35,783 nucleotides of DNA from a virus, in the UHGV virus genome UHGV-0117379. The stretch is one strand, 5' to 3'. The translations under genes and the position numbers were made by a program. The notes under the pieces were generated by a model. The model saw nothing but the letters and a program-made list of their open reading frames with translations. It ran no database searches and was not told the origin of the DNA. Below are positions 9,118 through 18,405 of this stretch, one piece after another. How positions within the stretch are numbered: the first letter of the stretch is position 1; each line of letters opens with the position of its first letter.

Positions 9118-9403
9118 CGAACGTTGCGGACGATAAAACTGGCTTTTACCGTCCGCAAGGTTGAACAACGAGCCGTGCGAGGCGTTAGAAATTGCCTTTG
9201 TTAGTGCCTGCTTCTCATAAGAGGCACTATATATGCTAAATGCAGTGGTTTAAGGCAGAAACATCTTGCGCGATTAGGGGCAATGAACTTAAGTTAAGTA
9301 ACGCAACCAACAGTTAAAACGGTTGTCTTAGTTATAAGGAACTTGCTGTTGTGGTTGCTGGTGACGAAGTGTACACTTCCGCGCCGTATAAGAAGGAGGG
9401 GTT

Positions 9404-9622
9404 ATGTCAAGTATCGCCGCATTGAAGCTGGGTAATCCAGTTGAACGTTTGGCACGGGTTCTGAAAGAGAACCAGGACAAGCTCAATCTGAGTAAAGATG
9501 GTTTTGTGTCCGTAGATTTGTCCAACGAAGAAGCTATGAAAGCCATCCGAGATCAGATGGATAAGCTTGAAGGCATCAAAACGAGCACTGTTAAAGCAAA
9601 ATATTATTACAGAACCCGATAA
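9404..9622 (+). CDS. Hypothetical small soluble protein (72 aa)
   Basis: ATG 9404 with AAGGAGGGG RBS; stop overlaps the next start (TAATG). Confidence 0.6.
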   Translation: MSSIAALKLGNPVERLARVLKENQDKLNLSKDGFVSVDLSNEEAMKAIRDQMDKLEGIKTSTVKAKYYYRTR

Positions 9623-10464
9623 TGGCAACATTACTTTTAGCAGTGATTTTGGTTAGTGGTTTTATATATGTAAACCTATCACTTTCAACACGTTATAGAT
9701 ATAAGCGTTCCAATGGCTGGGACGCTTATTTTTTTGTGGCTGCATGGGGAATTGTCTTTTTCCTCGCTGGCGGCTTCCTTACCTTCGCTCTTAACATCAG
9801 CGGTGGGTTTCGCTGGTTTTCTAATGCGCTGAATCTGACTCCAGACAGCTTTAACGGGATGTTATCCACCACAACCGATAAACCGCAGCGCATCAATGAA
9901 ATTAAGCAAATCGCGTGGGTTGTGATTTCAATAGTTCTCGCGGCGCTGTTCGGTTGGCTAAACAAACGCCGTACTTCAAAAGGGGATCGCCGTTGGGATG
10001 CACTGGCAAAGGCAGTGGGAAACAATGCTTTTGAATCGCTGCTCATGGAAGCATCAGCTCGCCAGTTTCCTATCATTGCTACACTTTCATCACGCAAAAT
10101 CTATGTAGGGCTGGTGACTTGCCCTGCGTTGGAAAATGGATTGTCGGAACACCTTGAAATTCTCCCCTTGCTGAGCGGATATCGTGATAAAGACGACCTA
10201 ACGATAAATATCACGACAAACTATCATCAGCACTATCTTGATAGCGGTGTTATCAATGGGATGTCGCGCCTGAATATCCAGGATTTCCGTGTGCTTCTCC
10301 CTAAAGATGAAGTTGAAACCATCTCGTTTTTTGATACTGAAACGTATAACAAATTTAAAGAAAACGAAGCGCGTGACCGGAAAGACTGCCGCAAGTTGGG
10401 TGGTAAAAAGCCATCCGCACGCAGGAGAAAGACTGCTGGCGACGCAGAGCAGGGTAGTGCATGA
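9622..10464 (+). CDS. Membrane protein with three predicted N-terminal TM helices, unknown function
   Basis: Hydrophobic segments LLLAVILVSGFIYV, AYFFVAAWGIVFFLAGGFLTFAL and IAWVVISIVLAALFGWL, then a roughly 170-aa soluble domain; AT-rich. Confidence 0.65.
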   Translation: MATLLLAVILVSGFIYVNLSLSTRYRYKRSNGWDAYFFVAAWGIVFFLAGGFLTFALNISGGFRWFSNALNLTPDSFNGMLSTTTDKPQRINEIKQIAWVVISIVLAALFGWLNKRRTSKGDRRWDALAKAVGNNAFESLLMEASARQFPIIATLSSRKIYVGLVTCPALENGLSEHLEILPLLSGYRDKDDLTINITTNYHQHYLDSGVINGMSRLNIQDFRVLLPKDEVETISFFDTETYNKFKENEARDRKDCRKLGGKKPSARRRKTAGDAEQGSA

Positions 10465-10512
10465 CTATGCTGCATGAATTTGCATGATCGTTTGAGGATC
10501 GTTTTAGCTCCG

Positions 10513-10537
10513 GCCCGCCAGTTCAGGCGGGCTTTTT
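10513..10537 (+). terminator. Rho-independent terminator (GCCCGC-loop-GCGGGC followed by TTTTT)
   Basis: Read directly: stem 10513-10518/10527-10532, T-run 10533-10537, about 50 nt after the membrane-protein stop. Confidence 0.6.
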
Positions 10538-10581
10538 CATATCTCATGCAGGTGCATGAAAACCACTACACAAAGCGGGCA

Positions 10582-10600
10582 GGCGTGGCGGGGATACGAG
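10582..10600. other. Putative cos cohesive-end sequence GGCGTGGCGGGGATACGAG
   Basis: First 13 nt identical to the P2/186 cohesive-end consensus GGCG(A/T)GGCGGGGAAAGCA as I remember it (15/19 to 186). Preceded by five copies of TGCATGA. Confidence 0.4.
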
Positions 10601-10665
10601 CGCGCGCTCATTACTTTTATAATTCTAGGGTTATAATACAGGGCTATCTTTCTAGGAGAAAACAC

Positions 10666-12318
10666 ATGTCCTTAGAGTTTATCAAAGAACAGTTGTCAGA
10701 TTTTATCTCATCTACAGAACCAGAAGTAATGGCTATACAGGGTGAATGGGGAATTGGTAAAACCTATACTTGGAATACGTTCCTAAAAGATAATAAAGAT
10801 AAGGTTGCATTTAATAGATATAGTTATGTCTCTCTTTTTGGTATAAATTCACTAGATTCTTTAAAGTATTCTATTTTTGAGAATGCAATTACAAAGGAAT
10901 ATATTGGAAATAAACCTGATTTGGAGACAGCAACAACAAACGCAAGTGGACTTTTTGAATCGTTTTCTCGAAAAGCCGCAGGTTTGTTAAAAGAAGCTCC
11001 TGTTGTAAAAAACTTCTCTACGACACTTGAAGCAATGTCATTTCTGACCGTTTCTAAAATGATTGTAGTAATAGATGACTTAGAAAGGCGTGGCAAAAAC
11101 TTAGATGTTAAAGATGTTTTAGGGCTAGTATCTCTATTAAAGGAGCAGAAGGATTGTAAGGTGGTTCTATTGCTTAACAATGGCACAGCTAGTATGGAGG
11201 ATTATTCTACTTATAAAGAAAAGGTCATTGATAGAGATATCACTTACAATCCAACACCAGAAGAATGCGCAGATATAGCCTATAAAGGTGATTTTCATGT
11301 TTATAACTTGTTAAGTAAATATTCCATTTCTTTAGGTATCAAGAATATTCGAATCTTAAAAAAGATAGAACGTTTTTTCGTGTCCTTAACACCAAATATT
11401 ATAGGTGATGTTGAGACAATTTCAAATGAAGTTGCGCATTCATTAACTCTGTATTGTTGGAGCCATTACGGATTTTCTCCAGAGGGAGATGTGCCATCAC
11501 TAGAATATATTAGGGGAGTGAGGAATATATATACTTATAATGACAAGGAAGAAGGCCATGAGAAAGTCTGGCTTAATACCTTGCTTAAATATGGATATAG
11601 AAAAACGAATGATCTTGATGAGGTTCTTATTGATATGGTTAGATATGGCTATCTTGATAAGAGCAGTTTCCAAAGACAAATAAGCCTAAGGAATGAGGAG
11701 ATTACGCGTGATAATAAACGAGGTTCCTTATCTGAGGCATGGCAGTTCTTTCATAATTCATTTGATGACAATCAAAATCAGGTTGTTGACAAGCTATATC
11801 AAGCGGTGGTTGATGGGATGAAGTATGTGACTCCAAGTGATTTAGATAATGTTGTCGGACTATATAGGGATTTCGGAGAGAATGCTAAGGCGAGTGAATT
11901 GATTGAACAGTTTATTAATTATGGTAACGATGCTCTAAAGGAATATGTTCAATCTATTTATGTGAATGTTCATCCCGTAAGAGATGCTGAGTTGTTGTCA
12001 AAAATTCAAGCCTATTCTAATATTATAAATATTGATGGTTCAATATATGATGTTCTTAAGAAATTATCAGGTCAGAATGGTTGGTCTGATAGACATGAGG
12101 AAATATTGGATGCTGCTTCAGTAGATGACTACTATCAATTATTTAAAAATGTCATTCTTGATGGTGGTGATTCAATAATAGCTACGGCGCTTAAATTCGG
12201 AAATTATAGTAATGGTTCTGATAGAATGAATCGTATAGGGAAAAAGGCAAGGGATGCCTTGATAAGAATTGGAGATGAATCGGCGATTAATAAAATACGT
12301 GTAAGGCGATTTTTGTGA
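10666..12318 (+). CDS. KAP-family P-loop NTPase (candidate defence cargo)
   Basis: ATG 10666 with AGGAG RBS (track ORF starts at 10474). Walker A GEWGIGKT and KAP-type Walker B VVIDDLERR; AT-rich; own TATAAT boxes (10618-10623, 10632-10637) and a downstream terminator. Confidence 0.75.
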   Translation: MSLEFIKEQLSDFISSTEPEVMAIQGEWGIGKTYTWNTFLKDNKDKVAFNRYSYVSLFGINSLDSLKYSIFENAITKEYIGNKPDLETATTNASGLFESFSRKAAGLLKEAPVVKNFSTTLEAMSFLTVSKMIVVIDDLERRGKNLDVKDVLGLVSLLKEQKDCKVVLLLNNGTASMEDYSTYKEKVIDRDITYNPTPEECADIAYKGDFHVYNLLSKYSISLGIKNIRILKKIERFFVSLTPNIIGDVETISNEVAHSLTLYCWSHYGFSPEGDVPSLEYIRGVRNIYTYNDKEEGHEKVWLNTLLKYGYRKTNDLDEVLIDMVRYGYLDKSSFQRQISLRNEEITRDNKRGSLSEAWQFFHNSFDDNQNQVVDKLYQAVVDGMKYVTPSDLDNVVGLYRDFGENAKASELIEQFINYGNDALKEYVQSIYVNVHPVRDAELLSKIQAYSNIINIDGSIYDVLKKLSGQNGWSDRHEEILDAASVDDYYQLFKNVILDGGDSIIATALKFGNYSNGSDRMNRIGKKARDALIRIGDESAINKIRVRRFL

Positions 12319-12325
12319 TTTTTAT

Positions 12326-12347
12326 AGGGGTGATTAACCCCTTTTTA
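12326..12347 (+). terminator. Stem-loop (GGGG-TGATTAA-CCCC) plus T-run between the convergent NTPase and portal genes
   Basis: Read directly from the sequence; short stem, so moderate confidence. Confidence 0.5.
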
Positions 12348-12348
12348 T

Positions 12349-13377
12349 CTAATTTAATGAGTAATCATTAAATGCTATGATTTTTTCATTTAGCCAAGTA
12401 TTAATTTCTATAAGCCTTTTTTGTAACGGAATTAATTCATTTCGGACAAAGACTTTACTAGCCTTTTCCACATCCCCAAACCCCCCAACATTATTCGGCA
12501 TTATCCCCATCATTTGCGGCGGCACGCGGTGTGCCGCCATCATGTCGTCCCGGCTCACGTTCTTAATATTCAAAAACTCATCCTTCGCTGCGACCTCTGA
12601 CAACGGGATAATCTGAAGCCCGTCCTTTTTGCCGTTAGGCGAGTACATAAACAGGTTGCGGAAGTTGCCCGGACCTTTGGCGCTTTTCATCGCATTGCGG
12701 AGGTTGTTCACATCTTCCTGGTTCTGCGCGGCATCGGTCATGTACATGATGAAGCCTGCATGACTGCCGTTAATGTAATACTTCCGGCGGAACAGCGTGG
12801 CGGACTCGTTGAGCAGGGCTGACGGAATGGCAGAAAGATAACCTGGCAGGCCGTAGATCTCCTGGTTGATGTCCGGTTCCATCAGATGAAAAATGCTGCC
12901 TTTCGTGAACTGATACTGCTGGGTTGTAATACCATATTGCACAAACCAGTAGGTATCCAGGTCTAATCCGCGTCGGGTGTATTTTGCCAGCGCAGGTTCA
13001 AGGGCGATAACTTCACCGAAGCGGTTCGTGCGTTTCTCCAGGTAGGCGTTACCAAATACCAGATAGTCCTGCACAAAACGTGAAAAAGCCTGCTGGCTGA
13101 GCAGCGGGTGAGGGATATAGGTGCTGGTCAGAATATTGCACTTTACTGCAATCGGTGAGCTGTGATGCACGGCGGCGCGGAAGGCTCGCGCCAGTCCGTC
13201 AAAACTCACTGGCGGCTCATACCAGCGATCTGTCTGTACGCATTCCACATAGTCCAGTCGTTCGCGGCGATCCAGTACTGGAATGGGATCGCCGAAGCTG
13301 AATGCTTCGGCTGAAGTCTGGCTTTTATGCTGGGTCTGGTTCTGCGACGCAGCGCGGTTCTTCTTACTCTTTCCCAT
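12349..13377 (-). CDS. Q: Portal protein (P2 gpQ-like)
   Basis: 342 aa from ATG 13377 (track ORF begins at a TTG one codon earlier); size and position match P2 Q; start overlaps the P stop. Confidence 0.85.
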   Translation of the reverse strand: MGKSKKNRAASQNQTQHKSQTSAEAFSFGDPIPVLDRRERLDYVECVQTDRWYEPPVSFDGLARAFRAAVHHSSPIAVKCNILTSTYIPHPLLSQQAFSRFVQDYLVFGNAYLEKRTNRFGEVIALEPALAKYTRRGLDLDTYWFVQYGITTQQYQFTKGSIFHLMEPDINQEIYGLPGYLSAIPSALLNESATLFRRKYYINGSHAGFIMYMTDAAQNQEDVNNLRNAMKSAKGPGNFRNLFMYSPNGKKDGLQIIPLSEVAAKDEFLNIKNVSRDDMMAAHRVPPQMMGIMPNNVGGFGDVEKASKVFVRNELIPLQKRLIEINTWLNEKIIAFNDYSLN

Positions 13378-15143
13378 CAAAAAATCTCCACAATATTACT
13401 GGTATTGGCGGACTCGCCCTGCAGTGGTTCGTTAAACAGTGCGTGCATTGTTGCCCACGCCAGATCGGCGTGGCTGGTTTCTTCGCTGCGGCTGGCTTCA
13501 TACGTCGGGCGGTTGCCACTGGCGGTGGTGGCGCGACGGATTGCCATGAATGACTGCGCAATGTCGGTGTGCCCGGCGTCAAACTCCAGACGGCGGTGGC
13601 TGATAATGTCGTAGGCCTTGAGTACCAGAGCGTTTTTAACGTTGGGGTTGTAGACAAACTCCCGGACGGCAGGAAAAAACGCTTTCACGTTCTCGTAAAC
13701 CCCGTGACCGACGCCGGTTGAGTCGATACCGATGTATGTCACGTTGTACTGTTCAGTCAGTTTTTTGATGGCGTCAGCCTGGGCGCGGAAGTCCATCCCG
13801 CGCCACTGGTGACGCTCAAGAATGCGGAACTTACCGCCCGGCACGGCTGGCGGTGCCACCACCACGCACCCGGCGCTGTCGCCGTTTTGCGTACCTTTTG
13901 CCGGGTCATAACCGATCCACACTTCGCGCCAGCCAAACGGGCGCAGGGCCAGTGCATGAAAGTCGGTCCAGACTTCCCAGCTGTCCACCATGCACGCCTG
14001 CAGCTCGCTGAGCGGAAACACGGACGCGAGATCGTCCACAAACTCGCACATCAGCAGGTTCTGGTATTCGTCCGGGCTGTACTCCATGCGCAACTGGTCG
14101 AGATCGAACAGGTTACATCCGCCGCGCACAGCATCTTCCACGGTGACTATCTGGCGGTATTGCCCGTCTGCGCACAGCAGGCCGGGGGCCAGATTGCTGT
14201 GGGACAGGTCGATGTCCACCTTATCGGCTTTGTTGCGCCCACGGTTGAACAGCGCACCGGACCAGAACGGATAAGCACTGTGTGTCAGGCTGGATGGTGT
14301 GGAAAAATAGGTTTGTCGCCATTTTTTGTGAATAGCCATACCGGAAGCCACTTTGCGCAGCTCCTGGAATTTCGGTATCCAGAAATATTCATCCAGATAC
14401 AGGTTGCCGTGGTAACTCTGGGCCGTGCGGGCATTGGTGCCGAGGAAGTAAAGCGTAGCCCCGTTAGGAAGCACCATCGGATCGCCTTTCAGCTCCACTT
14501 CCACTTCTTTGGCGAAGTCGATGATGTACTGTTTAAAGACGTGGGCCTGTGCCTTACTGGCGGAAAGGAAAATCTGGTTACGTCCGGTAAGCAGGGCGTC
14601 AATCAGGGCTTCACGGGCAAAGTAAAAGGTCGCGCCGATCTGGCGTGACTTCAGCAGGTTGCGGATGCGGTTGGTTTTTCCGGCTTCCCACCAGTGGCGC
14701 TGGTAGTTGAACATGGAGGAATGGAAGATTTCTTCCAGCTTCGCAATCTGTTCATCGGTGAAAACGTTCTTTTCCGGCTGACGACGCGGGCCTTTGTTGC
14801 GGTTGGCGACGTTAGGGTTTAAGTCGGCTTCGTTGCCGCCATTGTTAAACTTGCCGATCCGCGCGTGGCGCTCCGACTGGCGCGCCAGCAGGTCAATCTC
14901 TTTGAAATCTTTCCCTTCTTTGTGCTCCTTCATGATGAGCTGGCAGTAGCGTGCGGCGGTGGTGAGCTGCATCTGATCCAGCGGCCCATAGTCACCCCAC
15001 TTGTCGCGTTTCTTCCAGCTGTGAACGGTTGCAACTTTCTCGCCCAGCATTTCAGCAATGCGGGCTACGCGATATCCCTGAAAGTACAGCAGCATGGCCT
15101 GCCGACGGGGATCGAGATCTGCGGATGTCAGTGTGGTGTTCAT
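13377..15143 (-). CDS. P: Terminase large (ATPase) subunit (P2 gpP-like)
   Basis: 588 aa, ATG 15143; immediately upstream of Q on the same strand and divergent from the O operon, as in P2. Confidence 0.85.
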   Translation of the reverse strand: MNTTLTSADLDPRRQAMLLYFQGYRVARIAEMLGEKVATVHSWKKRDKWGDYGPLDQMQLTTAARYCQLIMKEHKEGKDFKEIDLLARQSERHARIGKFNNGGNEADLNPNVANRNKGPRRQPEKNVFTDEQIAKLEEIFHSSMFNYQRHWWEAGKTNRIRNLLKSRQIGATFYFAREALIDALLTGRNQIFLSASKAQAHVFKQYIIDFAKEVEVELKGDPMVLPNGATLYFLGTNARTAQSYHGNLYLDEYFWIPKFQELRKVASGMAIHKKWRQTYFSTPSSLTHSAYPFWSGALFNRGRNKADKVDIDLSHSNLAPGLLCADGQYRQIVTVEDAVRGGCNLFDLDQLRMEYSPDEYQNLLMCEFVDDLASVFPLSELQACMVDSWEVWTDFHALALRPFGWREVWIGYDPAKGTQNGDSAGCVVVAPPAVPGGKFRILERHQWRGMDFRAQADAIKKLTEQYNVTYIGIDSTGVGHGVYENVKAFFPAVREFVYNPNVKNALVLKAYDIISHRRLEFDAGHTDIAQSFMAIRRATTASGNRPTYEASRSEETSHADLAWATMHALFNEPLQGESANTSNIVEIF

Positions 15144-15189
15144 GGCACAAACCTACAGCCTTGAATGAAGGCTTTCCCCGCCTGCGGTT

Positions 15190-15207
15190 TGTGTGGTTGT
15201 CGGTACA
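15190..15207. promoter_or_regulatory. Ogr-type late-promoter dyad TGT-N12-ACA in the P/O divergent region
   Basis: TGTgtggttgtcggtACA read directly; centre about 87 bp upstream of the O start codon. Confidence 0.5.
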
Positions 15208-15285
15208 AATACCGCGCATTGTTTCACTGCCCTCATCACCGCAACCATAAGGCTCCAGTAAGTTTTTTCTAACGGAGCACGGCTC

Positions 15286-16119
15286 ATGACAGTGAAAGCA
15301 AAGCGTTTTCGCATCGGGGTGGAAGGTGCCACCACCGACGGACGCGAAATCCAGCGTGAATGGCTGGAACAGATGGCAGCCAGCTACAACCCGGCAGTGT
15401 ATACCGCGCTGATTAACCTTGAGCACATCAAGTCTTATCTGCCGGACAGCACCTTTAACCGCTACGGCAAGGTAACGGCGCTGTTTGCTGAAGAAATCAC
15501 GGAAGGTCCGCTGGCAGGCAAGATGGCGCTGTATGCCGACGTTGAGCCAACGGAGTCCCTGGTGGAGCTGGTGAAAAAAGGCCAGAAATTATTCACTTCT
15601 ATGGAAGTCAGCCCGAAGTTCGCTGATACGGGCAAAGCCTACCTGGTTGGCCTGGCTGCCACTGATGATCCAGCCAGTCTGGGTACGGAAATGCTGACAT
15701 TCAGCGCCAGTGCAGCCCATAACCCGCTGGCAAACCGCAAGCAGAATCCCGCCAATCTCTTTACCGCCGCAGAGGAAACGGTGATCGAACTGGAAGAAAT
15801 CCAGGAGGACAAGCCGTCCCTGTTTGCCCGCGTCACGGCGCTGTTCACCAAAAAAGAGCAGTCCGACGATGCCCGGTTCTCTGATGTGCATAAGGCCGTG
15901 GAGCTGGTCGCCACTGAGCAGCAAAACCTGAGCGCACGCACCGAAAAATCCCTGTCTGAGCAGGAAGAACGCCTGTCTGAGCTGGAGACAGCCCTGCAGG
16001 CACAACAGGCCGCCTTTAACGAACTGGTGGACAAGCTGAGCCATGAGGACTGCCGCCAGGACTACCGCCAGCGTGCAACAGGCGGCAACGCCCCCGCTGA
16101 CACTCTGACCAATTGCTGA
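15286..16119 (+). CDS. O: Capsid scaffolding protein (P2 gpO-like)
   Basis: 277 aa, ATG 15286 with GGAG RBS; position and size match P2 O. Confidence 0.8.
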   Translation: MTVKAKRFRIGVEGATTDGREIQREWLEQMAASYNPAVYTALINLEHIKSYLPDSTFNRYGKVTALFAEEITEGPLAGKMALYADVEPTESLVELVKKGQKLFTSMEVSPKFADTGKAYLVGLAATDDPASLGTEMLTFSASAAHNPLANRKQNPANLFTAAEETVIELEEIQEDKPSLFARVTALFTKKEQSDDARFSDVHKAVELVATEQQNLSARTEKSLSEQEERLSELETALQAQQAAFNELVDKLSHEDCRQDYRQRATGGNAPADTLTNC

Positions 16120-16135
16120 TGGAGCATAAAACCCG

Positions 16136-17191
16136 ATGAAGAAGAATACCCGCTTTGCTTTTAACGCTTACCTGCAGCAGCTGGCGCGTCTGAACGGTGT
16201 GGCAGTTGAAGAACTGTCCAGCAAGTTCACCGTGGAGCCGTCTGTACAGCAGACGCTGGAAGACCAGATCCAGCAGTCCGCCGCTTTCCTGACGCTGATT
16301 AACGTCACGCCAGTGACTGAGCAGTCCGGTCAGCTGCTGGGGCTGGGTGTTGGCAGCACCATTGCCGGAACCACTGACACCACCGCGAAAGAGCGTGAAC
16401 CTGTCGATCCGACGCTGATGGTCGATGTGGAATACAAATGCGAACAGACCAACTTTGACACGGTGCTGACCTACGCGAAGCTGGACCTGTGGGCGAAGTT
16501 TCAGGATTTCCAGGTGCGTATCCGTAACGCCATCGTGAAACGTCAGGCACTGGACCGCATCATGATCGGCTTTAACGGCGTGAAGCGTGCGAAAACCTCC
16601 AACCGTAGCGAAAACCCGCTGCTGCAGGATGTGAACAAAGGCTGGCTGCAGAAAATCCGTGAGGATGCACCGGATCACGTCATGGGCAGCACCACCACGG
16701 GCGGTGAAACCACACCGGGTGCGGTGAAAGTCGGGAAAGGTGGCGAATATGCCAACCTGGACGCCGTGGTGATGGATGCGGTCAATGAGCTTATCGACGT
16801 GGTCTACCAGGACGATGACGATCTGGTGGTGATTTGCGGTCGTGAGCTGCTGTCTGACAAGTATTTCCCGCTGGTCAACAAAGACCAGGAAAACAGTGAA
16901 AAACTGGCTGCCGATATGATCATCAGTCAGAAACGCATGGGTGGCCTGCAGGCCGTGCGTGCGCCGTTCTTCCCGCCGAATGCGCTGCTGATCACCCGTC
17001 TGGATAACCTGTCCATTTACTGGCAGGAGGACACCCGCCGCCGTTCGGTTATCGACAACCCGAAACGTGACCGGATTGAAAACTTTGAATCAGTTAACGA
17101 AGCCTATGTGGTTGAGGACTACCGCTGCGCAGCACTGGTGGAAAACATCCAGATTGGTGACTTCAGCGCCGCCGCAGAAGCCGGAGCATAA
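16136..17191 (+). CDS. N: Major capsid protein (P2 gpN-like)
   Basis: 351 aa; position and size match P2 N. Confidence 0.85.
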   Translation: MKKNTRFAFNAYLQQLARLNGVAVEELSSKFTVEPSVQQTLEDQIQQSAAFLTLINVTPVTEQSGQLLGLGVGSTIAGTTDTTAKEREPVDPTLMVDVEYKCEQTNFDTVLTYAKLDLWAKFQDFQVRIRNAIVKRQALDRIMIGFNGVKRAKTSNRSENPLLQDVNKGWLQKIREDAPDHVMGSTTTGGETTPGAVKVGKGGEYANLDAVVMDAVNELIDVVYQDDDDLVVICGRELLSDKYFPLVNKDQENSEKLAADMIISQKRMGGLQAVRAPFFPPNALLITRLDNLSIYWQEDTRRRSVIDNPKRDRIENFESVNEAYVVEDYRCAALVENIQIGDFSAAAEAGA

Positions 17192-17194
17192 ACC

Positions 17195-17845
17195 ATGAGC
17201 CTGAGTCCCGCACGGCAGCATCGCCTGCGCGTTCAGGCTGAACAGGCCGCCCGCGAGGGCGGCAGTGTTCGCCACGCGTCGGGCTATGACCTGATGCTGC
17301 TGCAACTGGCGGAAGACCGCCGCCGTCTCAAGGGCGTTCAGTCCACGGTGAAAAAAGCGGAAATTAAGGTGGAGCTGCTGCCGAAGTACGCCGCCTGGGC
17401 AGAGGGTGTCCTGACTGCCGGAGGCGCACAGCAGGATGACGTGCTGATGTACGTGATGCTGTGGCGCATTGATGCCGGAGATTATGCCGGGGCGCTGGAG
17501 ATCGGGCGTCATGCCCTGCGTCATGGCTGGGTGATGCCGCTGGGTAACCGCAATGTGCAGACCGTGCTGGCAGAGGAAATGGCAGACGCGGCGCAGAGCG
17601 CAATGCTTGCCGCCACCGGCTTTGATGCCGATCTGTTGTTGCAGACGCTGGAGCTGACAGACGGTCTGGATATGCCGGACCAGTCACGAGCGCGTCTGCA
17701 TAAAGCGATTGGCGCTGTCCTGAGTGAAAGCAATCCGGCTTCTGCCCTTAACCATCTCAACCATGCGTTACAGCTCGATCCCCGCTGTGGCGTGAAAAAA
17801 GACAAACAGCAGCTGGAGCGCAGACTGCGCAATGACAGCCGCTGA
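17195..17845 (+). CDS. M: Terminase small / endonuclease subunit (P2 gpM-like)
   Basis: 216 aa following N, as in P2. Confidence 0.8.
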   Translation: MSLSPARQHRLRVQAEQAAREGGSVRHASGYDLMLLQLAEDRRRLKGVQSTVKKAEIKVELLPKYAAWAEGVLTAGGAQQDDVLMYVMLWRIDAGDYAGALEIGRHALRHGWVMPLGNRNVQTVLAEEMADAAQSAMLAATGFDADLLLQTLELTDGLDMPDQSRARLHKAIGAVLSESNPASALNHLNHALQLDPRCGVKKDKQQLERRLRNDSR

Positions 17846-17940
17846 CAGAACGTGCCCCCGCGCACGGGCGGCACGGGGTGGCGAAAGGCATAGCCACATC
17901 AAAATCCCGTCCACCGCCCTCTATTTCAGGAGAAAGCAGC

Positions 17941-18405
17941 ATGAAGTTTGTTGCGCCAGAACAGGCACCGGAACAGGCGGAAATCATCAGAAATACGCCG
18001 TTCTGGCCTGATGTGGACCTGTCGGAGTTTCGCAGCGTGATGCGCACTGACGGCACGGTGACGCAGCCGCGTTTAAAGCAGGTTGCCCTGTCGGCAATTT
18101 CGGAGGTCAACGCAGAGCTGTATGAGTTTCGCAGACGTCAGCAGATGCTGGGATATGTGTCGCTGGCTGAGGTTCCGGCGGAACAGCTGGACGGCAAAAG
18201 TGAGCGCATTCAGCACTATTTCAACGCGGTTTACTGCTGGGCACGCGCCATGCTCAACGAACGATACCAGGACTATGACGCCACGGCATCCGGTGTGAAG
18301 CGAGGCGAGGAACTGGCGGAATCCAGCGGTGATTTGTGGCGTGACGCCCGCTGGGCCATCAGCCGGGTGCAGGATGCGCCGCACTGCACAGTGGAGCTTA
18401 TCTGA
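17941..18405 (+). CDS. L: Head completion/stabilisation protein (P2 gpL-like)
   Basis: ATG 17941 with AGGAG RBS (track ORF starts at 17878); 154 aa. Confidence 0.8.
   Translation: MKFVAPEQAPEQAEIIRNTPFWPDVDLSEFRSVMRTDGTVTQPRLKQVALSAISEVNAELYEFRRRQQMLGYVSLAEVPAEQLDGKSERIQHYFNAVYCWARAMLNERYQDYDATASGVKRGEELAESSGDLWRDARWAISRVQDAPHCTVELI

Noticed and set aside
13809-14648. 279-aa plus-strand ORF inside the terminase large subunit gene
   Set aside because: Antisense to a conserved structural gene; composition typical of a spurious reverse-frame ORF.
15132-15149. Second TGT-N12-ACA dyad overlapping the terminase start codon
   Set aside because: Poorly placed for either divergent late promoter unless the P start is downstream; about nine chance hits of this motif are expected in the window.
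16016-16678. 220-aa minus-strand ORF overlapping the capsid gene
   Set aside because: Antisense to the major capsid gene; no independent support.
17851-17878. GC-rich imperfect inverted repeat between M and L
   Set aside because: No clean stem and no T-run; P2 has no promoter or terminator at this position.
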